Source: Candidatus Fermentibacteraceae bacterium
Lineage (GTDB): Bacteria; Fermentibacterota; Fermentibacteria; Fermentibacterales; JCC-6
NCBI GenBank assembly: GCA_041686025.1
Contig: JAWLEP010000052.1
Span: forward strand, 1-16,322
DNA length: 16,322 bases
Direction: 5' to 3'
A program made the position numbers and the translations under genes. Shown one piece after another: positions 8,566 through 16,245 of the stretch (the first letter of the stretch is position 1; each line of letters starts with the position of its first letter). A model generated the notes under the pieces. That model saw only the letters and a list, made by a program, of their open reading frames with translations, searched no databases and had not been told where the DNA came from.

Positions 8566-10074
8566 TTGCTAAACGCCCAGACGCTTCGCATCATCCTCAC
8601 CGGCCTGGGGGTTGGGCTGGTCATCGGCATTGCGCTGTGGATGATCAGGCGCCACACCGACAGGAGCCGCATACGCCTGTGGGTAATCCTCACCATTCTC
8701 AACGGGCTGATATACGTCCTGCTCCGCATGGCGGGCCTCCCCCCGGAGAACACCGTATGCAAGATCGTACTCGCAACGGCGATATTCCTGGCGGCCAACA
8801 CCCTGCTGCGTTTCCTCAACTACCTGGTATGGGACGTCGTCCTGCGGGAGAAGCGCGACGTGGTGGTGCCCCGCCTGGTGATAGACATCATCAACTTCAT
8901 CTTCCTGGCGGTGGTGGCCATAGCCGTCCTCAACAGCATCTTCAACGTCCAGCTCACCGCCTTCCTGGTTACATCCACGGTGATCTCGGCGGTAATCGGT
9001 CTCTCCCTGCAGGACATCCTGGGCAACATCTTCGCGGGGCTGGCGCTGCAGATCGAGCGCCCCTACAACGTCAACGACTGGGTGAGCGTCAGCGGTTACG
9101 AGGGCCGGGTGGTGGAGCGAAACTGGCGGACGGTCACCCTCCTCACCCGCGAGAACCACGTGGTCAACATTCCCAACGCCACCGTATCCAAGGAGCCGGT
9201 GGCCAACTACACCAAGACCGATCCCCTGGAGATGGGGCACGCCTTCGTCGGCGTGGCCTACGACCATCCCCCGGGAGTGGTAAAGAACGTGATCATAAAG
9301 GCGGTGCGGGAGACCAAGGGCGTCCAGTCCGATCCCTGCCCCGACGTGCTGGTGAAGGAGTTCGCGGATTTCTCCATTGTCTACGACGTCCGCTACTGGA
9401 TTCGCGATTACCGGCGCAAGCCCCAGATAGACGACGCTGTCAAGTGCAGGATCTGGTACTCCCTGCACCGCGCGGGACTCAAGATCCCCTTCCCGGTCAG
9501 GGACGTCATCGTCCATACCCTGCCCCCCGACCACGACGCACGGATACGCCAGAAGCTGCACCGGGAGATATCGGACGAGCTGCGCAGGCTCGATCTCTTC
9601 TCTCCCCTGTCCGACCAGCAGATCGAAGAGCTGGCCTCCAGTTCCGCAAAGCTACGCTATGCGGAAAACGAGACCCTGGTCAGGCAGGGAACTCCCGGCG
9701 AGTCCCTCTACCTGATCCGCACCGGCCGCGCCCGAGTGGAGGTATCCGGCGCGGGCGGATCCAGGGCCACGGTGGCCGAGCTGGGACCCGGGGACTTCTT
9801 CGGCGAGATGAGCCTGCTCACCGGCGAGCCCCGCTCGGCTACGGTCAACGCCGTGGAGGAGACCGAGGTGGTTGTGGTGGACCGTGACGGACTGGCCCCC
9901 ATCCTGGCATCGGACATGGGAATTGTGGAGCAGCTCTCGGAGCATCTGGAGAAACGCCGCAGCGAGCTGGAAGCCAGCCTGGCCGAGCTGTCCTCCCGCC
10001 GCTCCCGGGCCCGCAAGGGGAAGGAACGGAAGGATGACCTTCTCAGCCGGATCAGGGGCTTCTTCGGAGTCTGA
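8566..10074 (+). CDS. MscS-family mechanosensitive channel with C-terminal cNMP-binding domain (bCNG-like)
   Basis: MscS core IGLSLQDILGNIFAGLALQIERPYNVNDWV, NWRTVTL, IPN, IPFP. cNMP-binding cassette LVRQGTPGESLYLI...LGPGDFFGEMSLLTGEPRSATV. Start placed at TTG 8566, 5 nt after GGAGG; in-frame GTG 8554 is the alternative. Confidence 0.9.
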   Translation: MLNAQTLRIILTGLGVGLVIGIALWMIRRHTDRSRIRLWVILTILNGLIYVLLRMAGLPPENTVCKIVLATAIFLAANTLLRFLNYLVWDVVLREKRDVVVPRLVIDIINFIFLAVVAIAVLNSIFNVQLTAFLVTSTVISAVIGLSLQDILGNIFAGLALQIERPYNVNDWVSVSGYEGRVVERNWRTVTLLTRENHVVNIPNATVSKEPVANYTKTDPLEMGHAFVGVAYDHPPGVVKNVIIKAVRETKGVQSDPCPDVLVKEFADFSIVYDVRYWIRDYRRKPQIDDAVKCRIWYSLHRAGLKIPFPVRDVIVHTLPPDHDARIRQKLHREISDELRRLDLFSPLSDQQIEELASSSAKLRYAENETLVRQGTPGESLYLIRTGRARVEVSGAGGSRATVAELGPGDFFGEMSLLTGEPRSATVNAVEETEVVVVDRDGLAPILASDMGIVEQLSEHLEKRRSELEASLAELSSRRSRARKGKERKDDLLSRIRGFFGV

Positions 10075-10138
10075 CGTCCCGCCGCCGCCCTCAGGAGGGC
10101 CTCCGTCTCCGGGGCATCAGCCGACAGGGAGGTAGTCG

Positions 10139-11383
10139 CTGCACGCTTTCTGGATCCTCTACCTGAGGGAGATGCGCAGCTTCCTGCGGGAGCGGCAGGT
10201 GGTTCTGTTCTCCATTGCCGTTCCCATTGTCCTCTACCCCCTTCTCATGTGGGGTATGTTCACCATGATGAGCCTGGCCCAGGAGCGGGGGGCGGACCTC
10301 CGTCCGCGGGTCGGACTGGTGGGACCGTCCTCACCCCGGGACCTTCCGGGCAGTCTGGCCGACCTCGAATCCGTGGAGTGGCTGGCGGTCCCGGCGGATT
10401 CTCAACGAGCCGCAGAGGCCGTCGGAACCGACAGTCTGGATGCCGTCCTCATCGTACGGCCGGGGCCGTCATTCGAGATGCTGTACGACGGCAGCGGAGA
10501 GGCTGGCCCCCTGGCCAGACGGCGGATTGGAAATGCCCTGGAAGACGCCCGGGAGCACGAGCTGCGGAGAAGGGCCATGCTCCACGGGGTCTCCCCCACC
10601 TCGTGGGAGTACTTCCACATGAAGGCCCTGGACATAGCCAGCCGGAGGGAGCACGGCAGCTTCATGCTCAGCCTGATGCTGCCCGTCTTCTTCACCGTGA
10701 TGGTTGCGGTAGGCAGCTTCTATCCTGCCGTAGACTCAACCGCCGGCGACCGGGAGAGAAGGACGTGGGAGACGCTGATGTCCTGCGGTGTGAGCCGAAA
10801 TGCAGTACTGGCCGCCAAGTACCTTTCGGTGACTACATTGGGGACGACTGCGGGCCTGCTGAACGTAGGATCCATGACCCTTACGCTATCCACGATACTG
10901 GCCCCCCTGGCCAGTGGGGCGCAGATGCCGGCGTTCAGCCTCTCCGCCGGCTCGATACCCCTGGTTCTGCTGTCGTCTCTGCTTCTGGCCGCCATGGTCT
11001 CTGCGGGGATGATGATACTGGCGTCCTTCGCCAGGGACTTTCGCGAGGGGCAGGCACTGGTGCAGCCCTTCTACATAATGGCAATCCTTCCGGCCCTACT
11101 GCTGCAGCTTCCCGGCCTGAGACTGGAAGCGCTGACGGCCCTGATTCCCTTTCTCAACACGGCTCTGCTGGTGAGGGCCGCGGTTCTGGGTACCGCGGGT
11201 CTGGTGCCGACGGCCATAACGGTTGCAGTCTCGGCCACAGCCATCGCTCTGATGATGAGGGCCGCAGGACGCATATCCCTTCAGGAGGGTGCCGCCGCTG
11301 GAGATATGCGCCTGCGCGCACCGGCGCTGCTGCAGTCCTTTATCGACAAACGCTCCCGAAAAGAGGGTGCACATGCAGGATAG
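10139..11383 (+). CDS. ABC-2 type exporter permease, NatB-like
   Basis: N-terminal TM, extracytoplasmic loop, then AVDSTAGDRERRTWETLM...AKYL and SFARDFREGQ motifs. First ATG is at 10172, but the SD and N-terminal pattern point to CTG 10139 (see findings). Confidence 0.85.
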   Translation: MHAFWILYLREMRSFLRERQVVLFSIAVPIVLYPLLMWGMFTMMSLAQERGADLRPRVGLVGPSSPRDLPGSLADLESVEWLAVPADSQRAAEAVGTDSLDAVLIVRPGPSFEMLYDGSGEAGPLARRRIGNALEDAREHELRRRAMLHGVSPTSWEYFHMKALDIASRREHGSFMLSLMLPVFFTVMVAVGSFYPAVDSTAGDRERRTWETLMSCGVSRNAVLAAKYLSVTTLGTTAGLLNVGSMTLTLSTILAPLASGAQMPAFSLSAGSIPLVLLSSLLLAAMVSAGMMILASFARDFREGQALVQPFYIMAILPALLLQLPGLRLEALTALIPFLNTALLVRAAVLGTAGLVPTAITVAVSATAIALMMRAAGRISLQEGAAAGDMRLRAPALLQSFIDKRSRKEGAHAG

Positions 11384-12128
11384 CACCATCCAGATAGAGA
11401 ACCTGGTCAAGGTCTACCATGACAGGGCCCGGGGCGAGGTCCGGGCGGTGGACGACATCACCTTCTCCTGCCGATCCGGCGAGATATTCGGCCTGCTGGG
11501 TCCCAACGGCGCCGGCAAGACAACGACTCTCCGTACCGTGTCCACAGTGCTGGAGCCCAGCAGCGGAACGGTACGCGTCATGGGAATCGACGCCCGCCAG
11601 GACCCTGTGGCCGTCAGGCGCTCCATAGGATTCTACTCCTCCACGACTGCCCTTTTCCCGAGGCTTACCGCCCGGGAGACACTGAGGTTCTTCGCAGAGG
11701 TAAACGGCTACCCCGGTGAAGTCCGGCAGAGGGTGGAAGAGGTCATACATGATCTCGACCTGGGCAGCTACGCAGACGTACGCGTAGACCGACTCTCCCA
11801 GGGAATGAGGCAGAAGGTCTCCCTGGCCAGGACCGACATCCACGACCCCCCCGTACTGATCCTCGACGAGCCCACTACCGGCCTGGACGTTCTCAACGCC
11901 CGGGAGATTAGGGACCGCATATCAATCCTCCGGGACCGGGGAAAGACGGTTCTGTTCTCCACGCACATCATGGCGGAGGCGGAGAAGCTGTGCGACCGAA
12001 TCGCCATCATCCATGAGGGCAGGCTGCTGGGCACCGGTACGCTGGAGGAGATCCGCGAAAGAACGGGCGAGAGATACCTGGAGGATGCTTTCGTCAAGCT
12101 GCTGCTGAGGCGTGGTGCCGATGGCTGA
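11373..12128 (+). CDS. ABC exporter ATP-binding subunit, NatA-like
   Basis: Walker A GPNGAGKTT, signature LSQGMRQK, Walker B VLILDEPTTGLD, H-loop FSTHIM. Start at ATG 11373 overlaps the upstream permease. Confidence 0.93.
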   Translation: MQDSTIQIENLVKVYHDRARGEVRAVDDITFSCRSGEIFGLLGPNGAGKTTTLRTVSTVLEPSSGTVRVMGIDARQDPVAVRRSIGFYSSTTALFPRLTARETLRFFAEVNGYPGEVRQRVEEVIHDLDLGSYADVRVDRLSQGMRQKVSLARTDIHDPPVLILDEPTTGLDVLNAREIRDRISILRDRGKTVLFSTHIMAEAEKLCDRIAIIHEGRLLGTGTLEEIRERTGERYLEDAFVKLLLRRGADG

Positions 12129-14166
12129 CCGGGCCGGCCGGCTGTCAAGGATATCCTCGGTGTTCCTGCATCAGCTCAAATCCGTTCTGCGCGACCGACG
12201 TACGATCTTTTTGGCCTTCGTCCTTCCTCTGCTGATCGTACCTGCGATGATACTCCTATCGGGCTGGATAACCGATGTTCGGGAGGAGCAGAGGGAATCG
12301 GTGGAGATAGAGTACGCCGTGGTCGGCCCCCACGGCGACAGGGCCGCGAACATGGTCAGGCTGGCGGGGCAGCACACGGCCGAGAATGACACCCTGACAT
12401 CGCTCGCCCTGAAGGAGGAGACACCGGAATCGCCTCTGTCCTCACTGGCCGACGGTGAGCTGCACCTGGTGGTGCGGCTGGTCCGATCCTCCAAGATCCA
12501 CAGCGAAGGAGAGTCCGGCACGTCCAAGACCCCCATGCTCGTTCTCTACTACCGCGGAGACAGCGACGAGTCCGGATGGGCAATGGAGGAGCTGGGCTCC
12601 GCGCTGGAGGAGCTGAGGACGGCCCAGCGCCGGGAGCTGCTGCTGTCCAGCGCGACGGTGACGAAGCCCGACTCGTTCATGGCTCTCCAGCTCACAGATG
12701 TGGCCCCCGAGGGCCGGGCGGCAGCCTATACCATAGGCCGCCTGACCACTCTCTTCGTTCTTTTCTTCATCCTGGCCGGTGGTTCTGTGGTGGCCATGGA
12801 TCTGGTGGCCGGCGAGAGGGAGAGGGGCAGCCTGGAGACCCTGCTGACCACCGCCATTACACGGCGGGAGCTTGCCCTCTCCAAGCAGCTGATCGTGCTG
12901 GCAATAGCCCTGGCAATCTGCATTCTGCAGGTGCTCAATCTGCTTCTCTACACGTCTCTGGGGCTGCTGGACAGCCCCCTTGCCGAGGCCGCCATCTCCC
13001 CTGCCCGGCTTATCGTGGTCCTTCTGCTCCTGCTTCCGGTGGCCTTCCTGGCGTCGGGGATTCTCCTGCTGATATCCAGCAGGGCCCGCAGCTACCGGGA
13101 GGCCCAGATCCTCCTGTTTCCCGTTGTGCTGCTGGGAGCAGTCCCGGCAGCTGCACCGCTCATACCCGGTATCAGTCTGAGCTCCGCGGTCCTGGCCGTC
13201 CCCGTTGCCAACATAGCCCTGGCCGTCCGCGGCGTGCTCACGGGAGGTGTCAATCCGGCGCTTGCGGCGGTGTCATGGATCATCACGGGCGGCGCCGGCA
13301 TCGCAGTCTCTCTATGGGCCGCCAGACTCATGGGCAGCTCACTGTCACCGGAGGCAGACGTTCTCCCCACCAGCCCGATACAACTGAGGCTGCGCCTTTT
13401 CTCGAAGTCGGCACCCAGGGCCTTCCTGCCCATGTTCGCCCTGGTTCTGGTCTCCAGCAGCCTCTTCTCCGACGATCTCGCCCTGCAGATCATCGCCAAT
13501 ACCGTTCTCATTCTCCTGGGCGGCTCCCTCCTGCTTCTCAAGCGCTACCGTCTGCCTCTCAGGGAGACCCTGGGACTGCAACTGCCCAGCCCCCTCATCT
13601 GGCCATTCCTGGGGGCGGCAGTGCCGGCCGGGATCTTGCTCAGCTCCCACATATACCGGCTTTCAACCGCCCTCTTTCCCACCTCCGCCCGCATGATGGA
13701 GGAGATGTACGCCCGGGGCATAGGCCTGGATGCACCCCTCTGGCAGCTGCTCCTGCTGGGCGCCATCGTTCCCGCCGTCTGCGAGGAGGCCGCCTTCAGG
13801 GGAGTCCTGCTGGGAAGCGTCCGGCGTACGGTGGGCAGCGTATCGGCCGTAATCGTCTCCTCCCTTGTCTTCGGCCTATTCCACATGACTGCCGTGCGCT
13901 TCCTTCCCACAGCATTCCTCGGACTGATGCTGGGACTCTCCGTGGTCCTGACGGGATCGATCCTGCCCGCCATCGTCTGGCACGCACTCAACAACGCCCT
14001 GGCCCTCATACTGAGCGGCACCTCTCTGGATCCTACGTCTCCAGGCACCCTTCCGACCCTTGCCGCTGCCGCCACAATCTCGGCCGCCTTCTACGTCATG
14101 GCCAGGACCCGATCCGCTCCATCTCCGCAAGTCGCCCTTGACAGGCGGCATAGAGGGGATGGATAG
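12121..14166 (+). CDS. NatB-like ABC permease fused to a CPBP (CAAX/Abi) intramembrane metalloprotease
   Basis: Permease motifs LRDRRTIF, AMDLVAGERERGSLETLL, ARSYREAQ. C-terminal CPBP motifs CEEAAFRG, FGLFH, WHALNN are all intact. Confidence 0.88.
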   Translation: MADRAGRLSRISSVFLHQLKSVLRDRRTIFLAFVLPLLIVPAMILLSGWITDVREEQRESVEIEYAVVGPHGDRAANMVRLAGQHTAENDTLTSLALKEETPESPLSSLADGELHLVVRLVRSSKIHSEGESGTSKTPMLVLYYRGDSDESGWAMEELGSALEELRTAQRRELLLSSATVTKPDSFMALQLTDVAPEGRAAAYTIGRLTTLFVLFFILAGGSVVAMDLVAGERERGSLETLLTTAITRRELALSKQLIVLAIALAICILQVLNLLLYTSLGLLDSPLAEAAISPARLIVVLLLLLPVAFLASGILLLISSRARSYREAQILLFPVVLLGAVPAAAPLIPGISLSSAVLAVPVANIALAVRGVLTGGVNPALAAVSWIITGGAGIAVSLWAARLMGSSLSPEADVLPTSPIQLRLRLFSKSAPRAFLPMFALVLVSSSLFSDDLALQIIANTVLILLGGSLLLLKRYRLPLRETLGLQLPSPLIWPFLGAAVPAGILLSSHIYRLSTALFPTSARMMEEMYARGIGLDAPLWQLLLLGAIVPAVCEEAAFRGVLLGSVRRTVGSVSAVIVSSLVFGLFHMTAVRFLPTAFLGLMLGLSVVLTGSILPAIVWHALNNALALILSGTSLDPTSPGTLPTLAAAATISAAFYVMARTRSAPSPQVALDRRHRGDG

Positions 14167-14406
14167 TCCCTTTGTTCGCAAGTTGCCATGGAACCCAGCG
14201 TATCAGGACAGAGCGCCGCTTGAATCAGCCTTTTTCCACCCAATCAGAAAACCAGTCCCAGCACAGGTCTGTCCATCACGGCTGCGGGCTTCGGCCCTCA
14301 GAACTTCGAGGCACGCAACTCGTGGGCTTCGAAGGGGCCGGGGAAGTGCCCCGGTCCGTATTTTCCAACCCGCGGGGCTCGGAAGCCCTGGAAAGCAGCA
14401 GGTATT

Positions 14407-14664
14407 ATGAATAATAAGCTCTTTGTCGGCGGTCTCGCCTGGTCAACAACTGACGACAGCCTCAAGGCTGCGTTCGATGAGTTCGGAGAGGTGACCGAGG
14501 CTCGCGTCATCACAGACCGCGAGACCGGCCGCTCCCGCGGATTCGGCTTCGTCTCCTTCACCGACCCGGCTCATGCGCAGGCGGCCAAGGACGCCATGGA
14601 CAACCAGCCCATAGACGGCAGGAACGTCCGGGTGGATTTCGCCCACGACAAGGGCCGCAGCTAG
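14407..14664 (+). CDS. RRM (RNP-1) RNA-binding protein, single domain
   Basis: RNP2 KLFVGGL and RNP1 RGFGFVSF, with DRETGRSRG; 85 aa, no Gly-rich tail. Confidence 0.95.
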   Translation: MNNKLFVGGLAWSTTDDSLKAAFDEFGEVTEARVITDRETGRSRGFGFVSFTDPAHAQAAKDAMDNQPIDGRNVRVDFAHDKGRS

Positions 14665-14684
14665 AGCGGACCGCTTCAGGCAAG

Positions 14685-14715
14685 AGGCCGGGAAATCTTG
14701 ACGGTTTCCCGGCCT
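14685..14715. terminator. Hairpin downstream of the RRM gene
   Basis: Perfect 11-bp stem AGGCCGGGAAA/TTTCCCGGCCT with a 9-nt loop; no real U-tract. Confidence 0.5.
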
Positions 14716-14726
14716 GCATCTATGTT
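14698..14726 (+). promoter_or_regulatory. Putative sigma70 promoter for tRNA-Asn
   Basis: TTGACG (14698-14703), 17 nt, TATGTT (14721-14726); 27 nt separate it from the tRNA 5' end. Confidence 0.6.
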
Positions 14727-14753
14727 CACCGCTGCTTCTACAGGGATCTCTGC

Positions 14754-14829
14754 TCCCCGATAGCTCAGTTGGTAGAGCGGGTGGCTGTTAACCACTAGGT
14801 CGCAGGTTCGAGTCCTGCTCGGGGAGCCA
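14754..14829 (+). tRNA. tRNA-Asn (GTT)
   Basis: 76 nt. Acceptor stem TCCCCGA/TCGGGGA, D-arm AGCTCAGTTGGTAGAGC, anticodon GTT at 14787-14789, T-loop GGTTCGAGTCC, discriminator G and encoded CCA. Confidence 0.98.
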
Positions 14830-14961
14830 TTCCTCTATGAAGTAGCGGATGTTGTCATTGCGGGTAGGTAAGTCGAACGGGGGATTGAAGCCCGCGGATA
14901 TGAGTGGCCTGTGGCATCATGACCTTGGGAGTCAAATTCTCTATTGCATAACTATGGTTAG

Positions 14962-15411
14962 CTAGTCTGAAGTATCGAGCTTAACTAGACTCTCATGCAG
15001 CCCTAAGAAGGAGACTACTGGGAGAATAACTGCTTCATAAGGCCCTCTCCCAGTTATACTTGCGAGATATTCTCTTGTTGCTGAGTACAAAAGAGAGGCT
15101 CCATTATCTGCCGCGACTTTGAATACGTCTTCATCGGGAACAGTTTCGCCGACCTCATAATGGCCTACAGCGAGAATGTTGAATCTGTACGGTGCTCTTC
15201 CTTCATTACCGTCATATTTCAAGTGAAGCAATATGCGGTAATTCCTTCGATTCTCATTGACTTGTTGCACGGTAGTTTTACACTCAAGTCCTTTTAGCGC
15301 ATCTTTCGGCTGCACTTGATCAACTGACCCGTACTCAGGATTTGCCGTAACGTTGGTTACTGGGAAGTAGTAGTTAGCTAGCTTGAGCGGAAAACCCCGC
15401 ATACTCACCAT
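14962..15411 (-). CDS. SecB-like chaperone (TAC-type)
   Basis: 149 aa. beta-strands YRILLHLKY / PYRFNILAVGHYEV, then NGASLLYSATREYLASITGRGPYEAVILPVVSF, which matches the SecB C-terminal pattern LFPYxRExIxxxxxRGGFPPxxLxPVNF. Alternative start at ATG 15402. Confidence 0.8.
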   Translation of the reverse strand: MVSMRGFPLKLANYYFPVTNVTANPEYGSVDQVQPKDALKGLECKTTVQQVNENRRNYRILLHLKYDGNEGRAPYRFNILAVGHYEVGETVPDEDVFKVAADNGASLLYSATREYLASITGRGPYEAVILPVVSFLGLHESLVKLDTSD

Positions 15412-15847
15412 CTTTCTCCCACAGACATTCCTGGGTTACAGAACCTTCGATACGGTCCGACCAATCCTCATTGACTACACTTTTTCGATTCAGGACTGGA
15501 AGAACAGAAGAATCTCTATAGAAAGGAATGGGATCAACAATACAGGAGTACCAGTCACGCATTGCTATTGATTTTGGCTCGAGACCAATACAAGGTACAT
15601 AGCCTAGAACCCATGCGCACTTTACTATTGTTTCTAGCGTAAAGTTCTTTCCCTCTTGTCTTAATATCTTCGATACATTGGGAGGACTGGTATCGAGAGC
15701 TCGTGCCATATCTGCTTTAGATATTCCCTCTTTATCCATTTTAGACAGTATCTCATCAACATACTCCAGAGAGAGGCGTTCAATCCAGTACTCCTCGGTC
15801 TTTCTTGCTTCATCAAGTAGTCTGCGAGCTCGCTTACTTGCCTTCAT
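15374..15847 (-). CDS. XRE-family HTH antitoxin (HigA-like) with C-terminal extension
   Basis: HTH GISKADMARALDTSPPNVSKILRQEGKNFTLETIVKCAWVLG. SD GAGGAG. TAATG coupling to the toxin. About 65 extra C-terminal residues. Confidence 0.85.
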   Translation of the reverse strand: MKASKRARRLLDEARKTEEYWIERLSLEYVDEILSKMDKEGISKADMARALDTSPPNVSKILRQEGKNFTLETIVKCAWVLGYVPCIGLEPKSIAMRDWYSCIVDPIPFYRDSSVLPVLNRKSVVNEDWSDRIEGSVTQECLWEKDGEYAGFSAQAS

Positions 15848-16245
15848 TAGTCCTCCTCTATGATGTGGAGGCTTCCCTCTTTCTTGGCCCGGAAATACTT
15901 CTCTCTTGCTCTTACTGCCCTTCTTATATGCTTTCTCGGCGTCTTCTTGCTGTCCTTAATGAAACAATGCGTAAGGATAATAATTCTACCCTCATCGTAG
16001 AAATAGGGGACTCTAAGCGGTCCAGCAGTAAACTGGAATACTTTCTTCGCGATATTGTGTGATACATCTGATCTACGCGTAGGCCCACTTTTACTTGCAT
16101 GCTCCAAGTTACTCATTAGTGTAGCTCTATTGCCCCCCATGTCTTTTTGTAGGCTCTCTAGAAAATCCATGAAAGTGTCTTCACCTCTGCGTCCACAAAC
16201 TGAAAGCACTCGCCATCGATCCTCAAAGACTAGCCGAAGTTCCAT
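15847..16245 (-). CDS. Type II TA toxin, RelE/ParE superfamily (HigB/Gp49-like)
   Basis: 132 aa, basic. VFQFTAGPLRVPYFYDEGRIIILTHCFIKDSKKTPRKHIRRA matches the Gp49/HigB pattern IxEhR...RhhYF...hhhLxHxFxKKxxKTPxxxIxxA. Toxin-first gene order as in higBA. Confidence 0.88.
   Translation of the reverse strand: MELRLVFEDRWRVLSVCGRRGEDTFMDFLESLQKDMGGNRATLMSNLEHASKSGPTRRSDVSHNIAKKVFQFTAGPLRVPYFYDEGRIIILTHCFIKDSKKTPRKHIRRAVRAREKYFRAKKEGSLHIIEED

Noticed and set aside
11829..11846. Asp in ARTDIHDP of the ABC ATPase, where a hydrophobic residue is usual
   Set aside because: A single substitution outside the catalytic motifs; could be a polymorphism or sequencing error. No evidence of pseudogenisation.
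14060..14414. Small ORFs 14060-14410 and 14172-14414 in the RRM leader
   Set aside because: No SD or recognisable motifs; the region is better explained as a structured UTR.
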